Shown: positions 41,733 to 53,721, numbered from the stretch's first letter. The stretch: 64,000 nt of DNA from Octopus sinensis (GCF_006345805.1 NC_043001.1:39122001-39186000), one strand, 5' to 3'. Program-made: numbers and translations. The notes: a model not told the origin generated them from the sequence alone.

Positions 41733-42368
41733 TTGACTTGTCTCCTCGAGTTGATGTATTACTGGGCGATAATTGAATGTAAACAGAGTGTTGTGATGGG
41801 TGAAGTTGGAATTGGACCAGAGGCAATTGTCAACTGGTACAATTACTTCCGCGATGTTTGTGCTATGTGGTGTTTTGACCACCCTGTGCAACTTGGAGGA
41901 GAAGATGTTGTTGTAGAGATCGATGAATCCAAGTTCATGCACAGGAAATATCATCGTGGTACTTATCGAGAAGGTCACTGGGTTTTGGGTATGGTTGAGC
42001 GTGAGAGTCTGAGATGTGTCTTAGTTCCTGTGCAGAACAGAAGTGCAGCAACATTGTTGCCTATTATTACCCGCCATGTATTGCCAGGAACTAAGATTAT
42101 CACAGATTCATGGAGAGCGTATAACAGCCTACCCAACCATTTGACTGTGAACCACAGTGTCAACTTTGCGGATCCCACCGATGCCTCAATCCACACAAAC
42201 ACCGTGGAAGGGATGTGGAGTCATGTGAAATCAAATTATCGGAAAATGCATGGAACGTCCGATAATTTGTTTTCAACATATTTGCAGGAATTTTGTTGGC
42301 GACGTTACAACAGCAGTAATACTTTTATGAGCTTCATAAAATGTATTAGACACTATTATCCTGTATGA
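41733..42368 (+). CDS. Merlin / IS1595-family (ISXO2-like) DDE transposase catalytic domain, uninterrupted
   Basis: VVEIDES (D), WVLGMVER, LLPII...PGT.IITDSWRAY (D), VNHSVNF, HTNTVEGMW (E), YLQEFCWR. Frame is open from 41682 to the stop at 42368; no N-terminal zinc finger or TIRs recognised. Confidence 0.92.
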   Translation: MTCLLELMYYWAIIECKQSVVMGEVGIGPEAIVNWYNYFRDVCAMWCFDHPVQLGGEDVVVEIDESKFMHRKYHRGTYREGHWVLGMVERESLRCVLVPVQNRSAATLLPIITRHVLPGTKIITDSWRAYNSLPNHLTVNHSVNFADPTDASIHTNTVEGMWSHVKSNYRKMHGTSDNLFSTYLQEFCWRRYNSSNTFMSFIKCIRHYYPV

Positions 42369-44177
42369 TTTCAAAAATGTGTTTTATGAAGTTCATAAAA
42401 TGTGTTCTGTTGTTTAATTTAGCCTCAAATTCATGAGAATCTGTATACTTCTATATTTATTATTAATTTCTTCTTTTTGTATCTTAGTAATTTGCATTTC
42501 TTTCTTTTCTCCATGCGCCTTTCGGATCTTGTAACTTTTATGATTTTCGGAATTTTAAAATACCTTTACAAAATTGTCTTCTACACACGGAAATAACCCG
42601 TGCAAGCAAAATTTGGTCTAATGTTTTGATTTTTTATTTGTCTATTTTTTGTAATGGCTTTTTAATTTGGTATTCATTACATCGAGAGTCTGAACCAAAT
42701 TTTTTTTAAAAATCAAACATGAAACAATTTGCTACCACGCACAGTTGATATTTCCAGTTTCTTCTCTGAAATTTGCATCCACAATTCATTTTACAGAAAT
42801 AAGAGAAATGGTTAGAACGAGCTGTAGCTACTTATACCTATGTAGTGCATTGTTCTTTGAGTTAATCTCATCACATGGCTTTGCTAAGTCAGTTGATGTG
42901 TTTTCCATTTGCTTAAAACTTTTCCGCGTCTACACAGACACCACACGAAAACAATAGGTGTCACAGTGATATACCTCTTTTTCTACAGTCGGCCGAAATG
43001 AAAAAGTGACAATGCCACCTTCACATTCTCTATTGTCAGCATCGAGCATCGACAATTGGTGACAGACCGACGTTATTAGAATACATCAACCACAACAATA
43101 CAACTGGTTACCCACAACGTGATTCGAACACAACAACCCTGCCACAATTGCTGAACCCCGAGCCACAGAACTGCAGTCTTCGTTACCTTATCCATTACAT
43201 TTGGTGAGCTCGACTTCAAAGACTTACTGCTTCAGCATCGCATGAACTCTTGAAAACAATTACAGTCCGTGTCAGTCGCATCAACAAGAATTATAGGACA
43301 CGAACTTTCACGACGCATAGTTTTCAGTTCCATCGTCACATGCCCAACACAACACGAAAGGAATGAAGTCACCGACTCAATGGACACACACCAATTACAT
43401 TCCACATGTACTGCAACCCGATGCACAGATCCACGAGGGAAACAGTTACCATACATAAATGCAACACTTAGGACAGCTACCCAACCAAGAGAACTAACCT
43501 TTTCTCACTTTTCAGCATAGACTTTTCACACAGGACATTACCAATCAGATTTTGTCACTTTTCGTTACACATTTTGTACTGTTCGTTCCTTTTGCTGCAT
43601 AACACAATGTTTACACAAGTATATATGCATGCTTGCACCCAGTTTCTGTGCACATCTATAGACTATTAACTTTTTTTTTTCCTTTGCATGCAACTCTTTT
43701 CTCATGAGAAGGATATCTCTTCCTCATTTTATAACTCTCCCGTCTTTTTCTTACCATTTCACCATCGTCACATCAACAGACATTACTCTATCAGTCCCTT
43801 GCATGATGCCATAATGGTGAAAACAGGACAAGTAGAAAATTAAGGCCGCACAGTAGCAGTCGACAAGGCATATATAACGATTAAATAAAAAAATGTTGTC
43901 TATATCTTCGATCACTGTCATTATTCCATTGAGTCAACCTAATTATTTTCTACATAGCAGACCGTTACATAAACAGGCAAAAGTAATCTTTCGTTTTAAC
44001 TCGAAATAATGTAAACGCTGAATCGGCCATACATACATACGTACACACACACACATACATACACACACACATACATATATACATACACACACACACACAT
44101 ATGCATACATACATACACACACACATACATGCATACACACGCACTACAAAAACTGAGTAACCAAAATGGTTAATATC

Positions 44178-44600
44178 TAGATCCGCACCCGGTGGAAAAA
44201 ATGGAAACTAAAATGTGTAACAGTTGTAAGGCATCGTATATTGACGGAATAAGACGGAAAAAAAGGGCGCTGACGAACGGGGGTGGGGGGGGCTCGGAAA
44301 ATTCCCAGGGACAACCGTAAAGGATGCACGCCCAGGTGGCAAAAATGGAAAAAAATATGTGTAACAGGTGTAAAGCATCGTATATTGAAGGAATATGACG
44401 AAAAAAAAGCTCGCTGACAAACGGGGGTGGGTGGGGAGGGGGCTCGGAAAATTCCCAGGATCAACCGTAGAGGAGCCACGCCCAGGTGGCAAAAATGGAA
44501 AAAAATATGTGTAAGAGGTGTAAGGCATCGTATATTGAAGGAATATGACGAAAAAAAAGCGCGCTGACAAACGGGGGGGGGATGGGGCTCGGAAAATTGC
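44178..44600 (-). repeat. ~145-150-bp tandem array, 3 units (left arm)
   Basis: gcatcgtatattga recurs at 44231, 44375 and 44525. G-rich segment gggggtgggtggggaggggg at 44423-44442. Confidence 0.95.
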
Positions 44601-44681
44601 CTACGATTTAAAGAAAAATTTACCATCAATTTTCACCATTTTAAACGCATTGTTGGCATAAGGGAAGTAACTCTCTAAAAA

Positions 44682-44979
44682 TCTCTATATATAAACGGCA
44701 GTTTTTCTGTGTCTGTCAGGTTGTACCCTCACCCTGACCACGGCTTTCAACCGATTCTGATGAAACTTGACACACACATAGCCCAATGTCATAATTCAAA
44801 ACTAACGCAGCGAAAATTTTGAAAAGTTCCCCCTTTTCAAAATTTTCGCTGCGTTAGTTTTGAATTATGACATTGGGCTATGTGTGTGTCAAGTTTCATC
44901 AGAATCGGTTGAAAGCCGTGGTCAGGGTGAGGGTACAACCTGACAGACACACAGAAAAACTGCCGTTTATATATAGAGA
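44682..44979. mobile_element. Two head-to-head copies of a ~145-bp Helitron 5' end forming the palindrome core
   Basis: a|TCTCTATATATAAACGGCAG at 44682 (+) and its mirror ending at 44979 (-). The copies differ by one AC dinucleotide. Confidence 0.7.
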
Positions 44980-45061
44980 TTTTTAGAGAGTTACTTCCCT
45001 TATGCCAACAATGCGTTTAAAATGGTGAAAATTGATGGTAAATTTTTCTTTAAATCGTAGG

Positions 45062-45335
45062 CAATTTTCCGAGCCCCCCCCCCCGTTTGTCAGCGCGCTT
45101 TTTTTTCGTCATATTCCTTCAATATACGATGCCTTACACCTCTTACACATATTTTTTTCCATTTTTGCCACCTGGGCGTGCATCCTTTACGGTTGTCCCT
45201 GGGAATTTTCCGAGCCCCCCCCCCCACCCCCGTTCGTCAGCGCCCTTTTTTTCCGTCTTATTCCGTCAATATACGATGCCTTACAACTGTTACACATTTT
45301 AGTTTCCATTTTTTCCACCGGGTGCGGATCTAGAT
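45062..45335 (+). repeat. Same tandem array, 2 units (right arm)
   Basis: cgatgc anchors at 45127 and 45274. Confidence 0.95.
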
Positions 45336-46463
45336 ATTAACCATTTTGGTTACTCAGTTTTTGTAGTGCGTGTGTATGCATGTATGTGTGTGTGTATGTA
45401 TGTATGCATATGTGTGTGTTTGTGTATGTATATATGTATGTGTGTGTGTATGTATGTGTGTGTGTGTACGTATGTATGTATGGCCGATTCAGAGTTTACA
45501 TTATTTCGAGTTAAAACGAAAGATTACTTTTGCCTGTTTATGTAACGGTCTGCTATGTAGAAAATAATTAGGTTGACTCAATGGAATAATGACAGTGATC
45601 GAAGATATAGACAACATTTTTTTATTTAATCGTTATATATGCCTTGTCGACTGCTACTGTGCGGCCTTAATTTTCTACTTGTCCTGTTTTCACCATTATG
45701 GCATCATGCAAGGGACTGATAGAGTAATGTCTGTTGATGTGACGATGGTGAAATGGTAAGAAAAAGACGGGAGAGTTATAAAATGAGGAAGAGATATCCT
45801 TCTCATGAGAAAAGAGTTGCATGCAAAGGAAAAAAAAAGTTAATAGTCTATAGATGTGCACAGAAACTGGGTGCAAGCATGCATATATACTTGTGTAAAC
45901 ATTGTGTTATGCAGCAAAAGGAACGAACAGTACAAAATGTGTAACGAAAAGTGACAAAATCTGATTGGTAATGTCCTGTGTGAAAAGTCTATGCTGAAAA
46001 GTGAGAAAAGGTTAGTTCTCTTGGTTGGGTAGCTGTCCTAAGTGTTGCATTTATGTATGGCAACTGTTTCCCTCGTGGATCTGTGCATCGGGTTGCAGTA
46101 CATGTGGAATGTAATTGGTGTGTGTCCATTGAGTCGGTGACTTCATTCCTTTCGTGTTGTGTTGGGCATGTGACGATGGAACTGAAAACTATGCGTCGTG
46201 AAAGTTCGTGTCCTATAATTCTTGTTGATGCGACTGACACGGACTGTAATTGTTTTCAAGAGTTCATGCGATGCTGAAGCAGTAAGTCTTTGAAGTCGAG
46301 CTCACCAAATGTAATGGATAAGGTAACGAAGACTGCAGTTCTGTGGCTCGGGGTTCAGCAATTGTGGCAGGGTTGTTGTGTTCGAATCACGTTGTGGGTA
46401 ACCAGTTGTATTGTTGTGGTTGATGTATTCTAATAACGTCGGTCTGTCACCAATTGTCGATGC

Positions 46464-46982
46464 CCGTTTGTCAGCGCGCTTTTTTTTCGTCATATTCCTT
46501 CAATATACGATGCCTTACACCTCTTACACATACTTTTTTCCATTTTTGCCACCTGGGCGTGGATCCTCTACGGTTGATCCTGGGAATTTTCCGAGCCCCC
46601 TCCCCACCCACCCCCGTTTGTCAGCGAGCTTTTTTTTTCGTCATATTCCTTCAATATACGATGCTTTACACCTGTTACACATATTTTTTTCCATTTTTGC
46701 CACCTGGGCGTGGATCCTCTACGGTTGATCCTGGGAATTTTCCGAGCCCCCCCCCCGTTCGTCAGCGCCCTTTTTTTCCGTCTTATTCCGTCAATATACG
46801 ATGCCTTACAACTGTTACACATTTTAGTTTCCAGGTTGATCCTGGGAATTTTCCGAGCCCCCCGCACCCCCGGTCGTCAGCGCCCTTTTTTTCCGTCTTA
46901 TTCCGTCAATATACGATGCCTTACAACTGTTACACATTTTAGTTTCCATTTTTTCCACCGGGTGCGGATCTAGGTATTAACC
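46464..46982 (+). repeat. Third copy of the tandem array, 4 units (one shortened)
   Basis: Anchors at 46508, 46659, 46799 and 46914. Ends 'ccaccgggtgcggatctag.tattaacc' like the other arrays. Confidence 0.95.
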
Positions 46983-47173
46983 TCTTCCCATGCACGGTAA
47001 CTTCAAAAGAACTTCCCTCCTCATACAATCGCTTTCTCTTTGTCTCTTTCGCTTTCATTACTTCAAAAGATTCCATTTCCCCGCAACCCCATATGTAAAA
47101 AGTTTTTTACGGAAATCGACGATCATATGTAAACAAATACACGTGGTTTGTAGTGTTCTTGTAACGAAACATC

Positions 47174-47234
<61 letters not shown>

Positions 47235-47724
47235 TGTGTTATATGAATGTATAGAGAGAATATATATGTATGCACGCATATACATGTAAATATTATGTTT
47301 ATATATATATATATATACATACGGATATATATATATACATACATACAGATATATATATATATATATATATATTATCGGATAACAGTGTGTCTACACCTTT
47401 TATGCGTGCATATTTACATAAGCTACTGTGCTTTTTGTGGAACGCTTAAATAGACTTAAAACCTCCAAATTAAAACCGAATATGAACTTAAACTTCTGTA
47501 GTTGGACAGTTGATATGAACTTAAACTTCTGTAGTTGGACAGTTGAAATTATAAAGCAAGTTATGTTTTCTTGTATTCAAGCTTTAAGATAAATATTAAA
47601 CAATATTTACTTACCGACGACAATGAGATCTTTCCATTTACATTATATGGTGTAAACACGGATGTAAAACTTAAACCAAGCCCGTTTAGAAGATCAGAAT
47701 ATATTTTTATCTTGCTTACATAGC

Positions 47725-49262
47725 TATCGGTATACTTTGAATGGTAACAGCACCAGCTGGAACGAGAAACAGAGTCACTCCGACTACGAGAAACAGAGCC
47801 ACTGCGACTACAACTGCGTGGTCGGCGCCAGATCGCACGGCACAGATCATCGATTCGCTGCGTAAGCGCATCGATCCTCTCGGCTAAAGAACTTTGCGTC
47901 GGAGAAACTGTCGGAGGAGCTCTGTACATGCGTACAGGCCTCGCGATGGAGATGGTCCCGAAAATTCTAATAACTTATCGGCCATCGTGGCAATCTGGTC
48001 TACTGAAACAGATTCCAGTGCCGTGGCCAACATTGTCTGCACGTGGGCAGGCAACCTGGAGAAGAAAATCTTCCGCAAGAGTCTGCTGCATTTCCGCTCA
48101 GCTCCCTTAGGTGACGCAGGAACTGGGAGGGAGTCCTGTCCCCCAACTGTTCATCGGCCATCAGCTCATTAAATTGACTCTCCTCCGACCGCGTGTTGCG
48201 GCGGAGGATTTCGGCTTTTACTGATGCGTATGTGGCGTCAGGGTGGGGACTCATTATGAGATCCCTGACCGATGTGGCGAGTCGGGAAGGCAAACTCGAA
48301 TAGAGCAGATGCAGCTGCTGCTGTGGAGGAACGGCATGTGCGGCAAAATGCGACTCCACCTGGGCAAACCACAGATCCGCATCCCCTGTGAATAAAGGCA
48401 AACCTGATGCAGCCATGTTTGTCCGAAAAAAACGCCTGTCAGAAAGGGGCAGAAGGTAAGGACGAGAAGTGGAGAACACGTGGAACCGACAAAACAAACC
48501 CCCAAAAATCGTGTTTTGTGTACTGGTGTGTGTGTGTGCACCTCGTGGGTAGTAAAGAAATAGGTGTGTGTGTGTGCACAAAGGAAAAACAAAAGCTACA
48601 GAAAAGAAAAAATAATGTGTGAGGACAATTTTTTTTTTGTTTCGTTGTGTGTTTTTTTTGTTTTTTTCAGCGTACTGAGTGCGATGGATAAAACTTTTGT
48701 TTGTACGCACCTTCGCCGTCCTGAAAGGAAAAGAAAATGAAAATGAAACTGAGTGTTCAGTGTGCTAACTCGCAAAACCTGTTCGCTGCGTCTTCTGTTT
48801 TGTTTTTTTTTCTCTCGGGGTCACCAATTGTAACATGGTCTGGATTCGGTATCACTGGAGGGGTGTCCGATCTGATCCTGTCACATTCAATTTTAGTTAA
48901 AAATAACAGACAAGTCAGGTTGTCTACAAACACAGCAAAAATGTTGTTTATTTCTCATCGTAATGTAGAACTGGTGTACGTGTTCTCTGGAGGGAAACCG
49001 ACAGCCGAATCTGTAGTACTGATTCTTGTTTGTTGGTCGAAATGATTCGTTGTGGTTCGCTGCTTGGTTGGTATGAAGTCCTCAGAGACTGCCAGTACAC
49101 GTCCGTTCACGAGGGCTGCTAGGGCCAGAAAGACTGACTGAGTGGACTGCGTTTTAGGGGCCAGTTTCCCGCACATGCGCATGGGGAAGACTTCTGGTGG
49201 GCAACCGGAAGTAATCCCATTCTGCGCATGTGCGCTGAACCTTACACAGCAGCATCACTACA
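47725..49262 (-). mobile_element. Second Gypsy family: 5' LTR (48829-49262), PBS, gag; truncated after gag
   Basis: LTR TGTAGT...GTTACA followed by at-TGGTGACCCCGA. gag from ATG 48416 reads 'LWFAQVESHF...YASVKAEIL...QLGDRTPSQFLRHLREL...FFSRLPAHVQ...CCYHSKY'; one frameshift. Confidence 0.9.
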
Positions 49263-50130
49263 AGCTCGAGACTAGAGATAAACATGCCTGTTGCAATTCC
49301 TTTCACTCTCGACTTCCATACTACTTCTTTCGCCATAGCAACTACCGAGAGAAAACAGGCTCGCTCCTCCCTATTCAGGGAGGTCGGCGGAACTATCTTA
49401 ATTACAGATTCGCTCGACAGTTGTACTCATCTCGAATGCGACAGCAGGTGTTCGACATAAGCCCAGAGTTCAGTCACCTTGGGGCATTGCACAATCGCGT
49501 GCAGGACAGTTTCACTGTCCCTCTCACATCATGCACAAACCGGCGAAGGTGCACACCCATGTCTAAAGAGCTTATCTCGAACCAGTAAAGCTCCTCTGTA
49601 ACATTGCCAGGCCAGGGACTTTTGGTAATTATCCTTAGGCCCCGGACCGAATGTTCTTTGGAACAGGCTGGCAAGCTGATTTTCGTCGAGGCCCAGGGTT
49701 TCTCCCAGGACGTCGTCACACTTAAACTCTACTAACCCTCTATAGAAGAACGAGGTAGTAACCCCGCCACCGGTGTTGCCCGACTGGGAGAGAAGCACGA
49801 GTGCCTGATGGCACTCTACATGCCTCACGCCCAACCTCGGTCTACACTTGATCCATTGGTTCAGTTTGGTAAATGATGTGAACTGTGGAAATAACAGCTT
49901 GAACGGAGACCACACCTGCTCACCGAACAGGTAAAGCCAGAGGTGCCTAAGCCTGAGCGCATTTTTAGCCACGGCATCCTTAACCCACCCTTCAACAACT
50001 TTTGGCAGCGAATAGAGCGCCTTACAAGAGGTCTGCAGTCCCTCCACAAAAAGCGAAAGAGCATGCGTTCCAGCTTGTTCGGCCACGAATTGGGGCAAGG
50101 CACGACGGTCAGGCGGTAAGTGATTACATG
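49263..50130 (-). mobile_element. Tx1/L1-clade LINE ORF2 C-terminal fragment (RT end and zf-RVT region)
   Basis: 'VITYRLTVVPCP...LFRFLW', 'YRGALLVRDKLFRHG...C..C...ETVLHA', 'VVWKSRVKG'; homologous to 56576-57468. Confidence 0.88.
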
Positions 50131-53100
50131 CCCAACAACCAGAACAAAACACATCAGAGGAGGAATTCTTGGCAGTCGGCACAATAAATGTGCATGAGAT
50201 GGGAAATGACGACCAGAAAAAAAAATGAGGCATACACAACAATACGAATACGAAAGTAGTCTGGCAAGAAACGAATGAACATTGACTTAAGGCTAAAGAT
50301 TGACACTGGAGCCCAGAGTGATATCTTGCCTGTCAACCTGTATAAAAAGATGTTCCCAGAACATACGACACAAGAGGATAAAGTCAAATATGGAATCCTC
50401 ACACCAAGTGATGTAATCCTCACTGCGTATGGAGGCACCAGAATTCCACAACTGGGCAAAACAACAATCACAGGGACACACAAAGGAAAAATAATCAAGT
50501 GTTCTTTTTATGTCACAAAAACAGAAGGACCAGCAATTCTTAGACTCAATACCTGCAAAAAGCTAAATATTGTGTCAATCAATGGTGAAGTGAAGGCAGC
50601 TCCGAGCAGGATTGACAGAGATATGCCTATCAAAGAACGACCACCAATCACAAACAAAGAAGAACTAATAAGCATGTACCCTGAATGCTTTGACGATACA
50701 GTTGGGTGCTTTGTGAAATGTCGATACCATATAACAGTCGACCCCAATATCAAACCAATTGTTCACCCACCTCGCCGCGTCCCTCTAGAAGTAAAAGAGA
50801 TGCTGAAGGCAGAGTTGGACAGAATGGAAAAAAAAAAGAAATAATAACCAAAGTGACACGGCGAACAGACTGGGTGAATTCAATTGTAATCAAGGAAAAA
50901 CCCAATGGTACCCTACGGATATGCCTTGACCCAAGGGTCCTGAACAAGGTATTAAAAAGAGAGTACCATCCAATTCCAACCCTTCAACAAATCACACCAT
51001 TATTGGCTGGATCCAAGTTATTCAGCAAACTGGATGCCAGTAATGGGTAATGGAATTTAAAGATAGACAAAGAATCATCCATGCTCACTACATTCAACAC
51101 ACCTTTTGGCAGATACCGATTCAACTGACTCTCATTTGGTTTGAAGGTGAGCCAAGATGTTTTCCAGTGCCAAATAGATGAGACCTACCAAAGCAGCAAG
51201 GGAGCAATTGGCATAGCAGATGACATCCAAGTACATGGCAAGGATGAGACCACACATGACTTCAATTTACATGAAGCCATGGAGAAAACCCGACAAGCAG
51301 GCATCAAACTCAATGCAGATAAGTGTGTGATAAAAGCAAAGGAGTGCAAATTCTTTGGAATTATATACTCTGCAGAGGGAGTTAAACTAGACCCCGCTAA
51401 AGTGAAGGCCATCAGAGACATCAAAGAACCCAAAGACAAGAAGGAACTCAGGAGCTTCCTGGGACTCATCCACTACATGGGAGCCTTCATACCCAAGCTG
51501 GCCGATCACACTGCAAATCTCCAAGAACTAAACAAAGAAGACAGAGTTTGATTGGTGTGCTTCACACACACAGGATTTCAAAGCAATCAAAAAACTCATC
51601 AGTAAGGAGACAACTCTGCAATACTATGACAGACGCAAACCAGTAACACTCCAAGTCGATGCTTCTATGAGAGGAGTTGGCGCAGCACTGATACTGGAAG
51701 GTAAACCCATTGCATATGCCTCGAAATCTCTCTCACCCATAGAGACAAGGTACGCAAATATTGAAAGGGAACTCCTGGTAGTAGTATATGGATGTGAAAA
51801 GTTCCATACATACCTGTATGGCAGACATTTCAATATATACCATTTCATAGGTACAAGCCAGGAAAAGACCTGATATTGGCAGATGCTCTTTTCAGACTAT
51901 CCTCACATGATAAACAGGAGATGGAATGACTAATCACAAAGGTCCACCACATGGTAAATGTAACAAACGCAAAGCTAGCACAAATAAAAGAGGAGACCAG
52001 CAGAGAGGAAGAACTTCAGCTCCTTATTCAGATGGTGATTCAGCGGTGGCCAGAAAAGAGACATCAGGTGCAGCCCCTCATTCGTGAATATTGGGCCATC
52101 CATGATGATATATCAGTGGAGAATGGAATCCTGATGACTGGACCCCGAATAAGTATACCCAAGTCAATGCAAAAAGAGATTCTTGACAAGATCCACCAAG
52201 AGCATCTAGGAATGGAAAAAATGCAAGCTCTGAGCCAAATTAGCTGTATATTGGGTAGGCATGTACAAAGACATTGAAAAGATAGTTTCTACAAGCCACA
52301 TTTGTCAAAAGTACAGAAACTCACAACAAAAGGAGGAAATGATACCCAGTGACATCCTAAGAAGGCCATGGCAAGCTATTGGAGTAGATCTGTTCTCAGA
52401 GAGCCAAGAATGGTATTTGATTATGATCTGCTACTACTCCAAATTTCCATTTGTGAGAAAAGTGAAAGACCTGAGAGCCAAAACAATCACTACAGTGGCT
52501 CGAGGACTTCTAGCAGAGCAAGCAATACCAGAGCAGATCATATGTGACAATAGAACCCAGTTCACATCGCAAGAATTCAAAAAGCTAGCCGATGAGTATG
52601 GGTTCAATATCACAACCTCATCTCCACGCTACCCCAAAGGTCATGGGTTTATAGAAAGACAGGTGCAGACAGTGAAGAGAACACTAGTCAAATGCCAAGA
52701 GACTAAGGAAGACCCACACCTGGCACTTCTGTCCCTACGAGTGACACCACTGAGAGCTGACATGAAATCCCCAGCAGAATTGCTGAATGGCAGGAAGTAC
52801 AAAACCACCCTGCTAACTAAGATCCAACTCCTATTGACCAGGAAGAGACAAGGGCAAAGCTAGCAGCCACTCAAGAACAATCACAGAAATATTACAACAA
52901 ACATGCACAATACTTACCTGAGATACTTGGAGGACAACATGTGCATACTCAAGATCCTATAACCAAAACATGGATCCCAGCACAAGTTGTCAGTAGAGCT
53001 GAAACTCCAAGATCGTATATTATAGAAACGGAATCTGGTAGGCAGCTGAGACGCAACAGGGCCCACATCTGCCCAACACCAAAGCTGTCGAGGACAACGT

Positions 53101-53681
53101 GTACAACACCTGCTGCATCAGTGACAACACCCACAGAATCATCACTCCAACGGGCACCAACCACCCAGCAGCAGCCCAACAACACACCTCAGACACTGGT
53201 GCGAAGCACAAGATCCACCAGATGGAGAAAGAACATTCTGCCACCGGTTCGATACCGTTAAAGAAAAAAAAAAAGAAAATGAAAAGATAAATAACTAATT
53301 TTGCTAAATTACAAATAGAGGCAGAATAATCTCATGGTTTCTGCTGCAGGATTGCCACCTCGCACTGACAATCCATTAGAGTAAGGGAGACTACTTATAT
53401 TTGTCTTCATTGCCAAAAGACCCCTTTATTTTTTTTCAAGAAGAAGGGATGTTACACATTCATATCTATGTGTATACGTAGGTATACGTGTGTAGAATAC
53501 ATCCCCACTTTTGGCACTATTTTGTTAGTAAACAGTACGAACTGTGTCTAAAGTATATATGTATTACTACGCTGAATGTTGACAGTTCGTGTAACAGGTG
53601 AAGTAAATAAACACTTAAAACAATAACAATGGCTTTATTTGAGTTGTCTATCAGCCCATCGAGAATGAACTACACATGACA
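50127..53681 (+). mobile_element. Ty3/Gypsy copy 2 (same family as copy 1): lacks 5' LTR and gag; protease-RT-RNaseH-integrase with frameshifts; 3' LTR 53450-53681
   Basis: LKIDTGAQ (protease), IADDIQV (RT), VDAS...KPIAYASKSL...ERELL (RNase H), integrase 52261-52863. PPT aagaagaaggga then TGTTACAC. Confidence 0.95.
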
Positions 53682-53721
53682 TATGTTTTGTATATTACCG
53701 TCTTTCTCTCCGTCGCGTAAA

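Larger units (their letters stand above)
43046..46463. repeat. Giant near-perfect inverted duplication: arms 43046-44826 and 44833-46463, spacer TTCCCC
   Basis: Centre ...cgaaaattttgaaaag-ttcccc-cttttcaaaattttcg.... Mirror-image ORFs appear in the track (43269+/45989-, 43232-/46053+, 43943-/45370+). Confidence 0.97.

Noticed and set aside
41733-42368. ISXO2-like transposase as evidence of bacterial contamination or a prokaryotic IS
   Set aside because: Flanks are continuous with eukaryotic repeats and the motif set matches eukaryotic Merlin; no operon context.
43232-43520. Cys-rich and other ORFs in the palindrome arms
   Set aside because: Short, no recognisable motifs or splice context; they are duplicated only because of the inversion.
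46335-46405. Possible tRNA-like segment (tggctcgggg...gtgttcgaatcacgt), mirrored at ~43105-43175
   Set aside because: A-to-B box spacing is ~8 nt too short and no cloverleaf can be folded.
44178-46982. Tandem arrays as a CRISPR locus
   Set aside because: Units are ~147-bp head-to-tail repeats without unique spacers, and there are no cas-like ORFs.
47479-47546. ~33-bp tandem duplication (also a 26-bp one at 28141-28190)
   Set aside because: Ordinary slippage duplications with no further structure.
47600-47700. Minus-strand peptide SVFTPYNVNGKISLSS before a GTAAGT donor, vaguely like the DapA/NPL N-terminus
   Set aside because: About 15 residues of weak similarity, no convincing acceptor and no partner exons.
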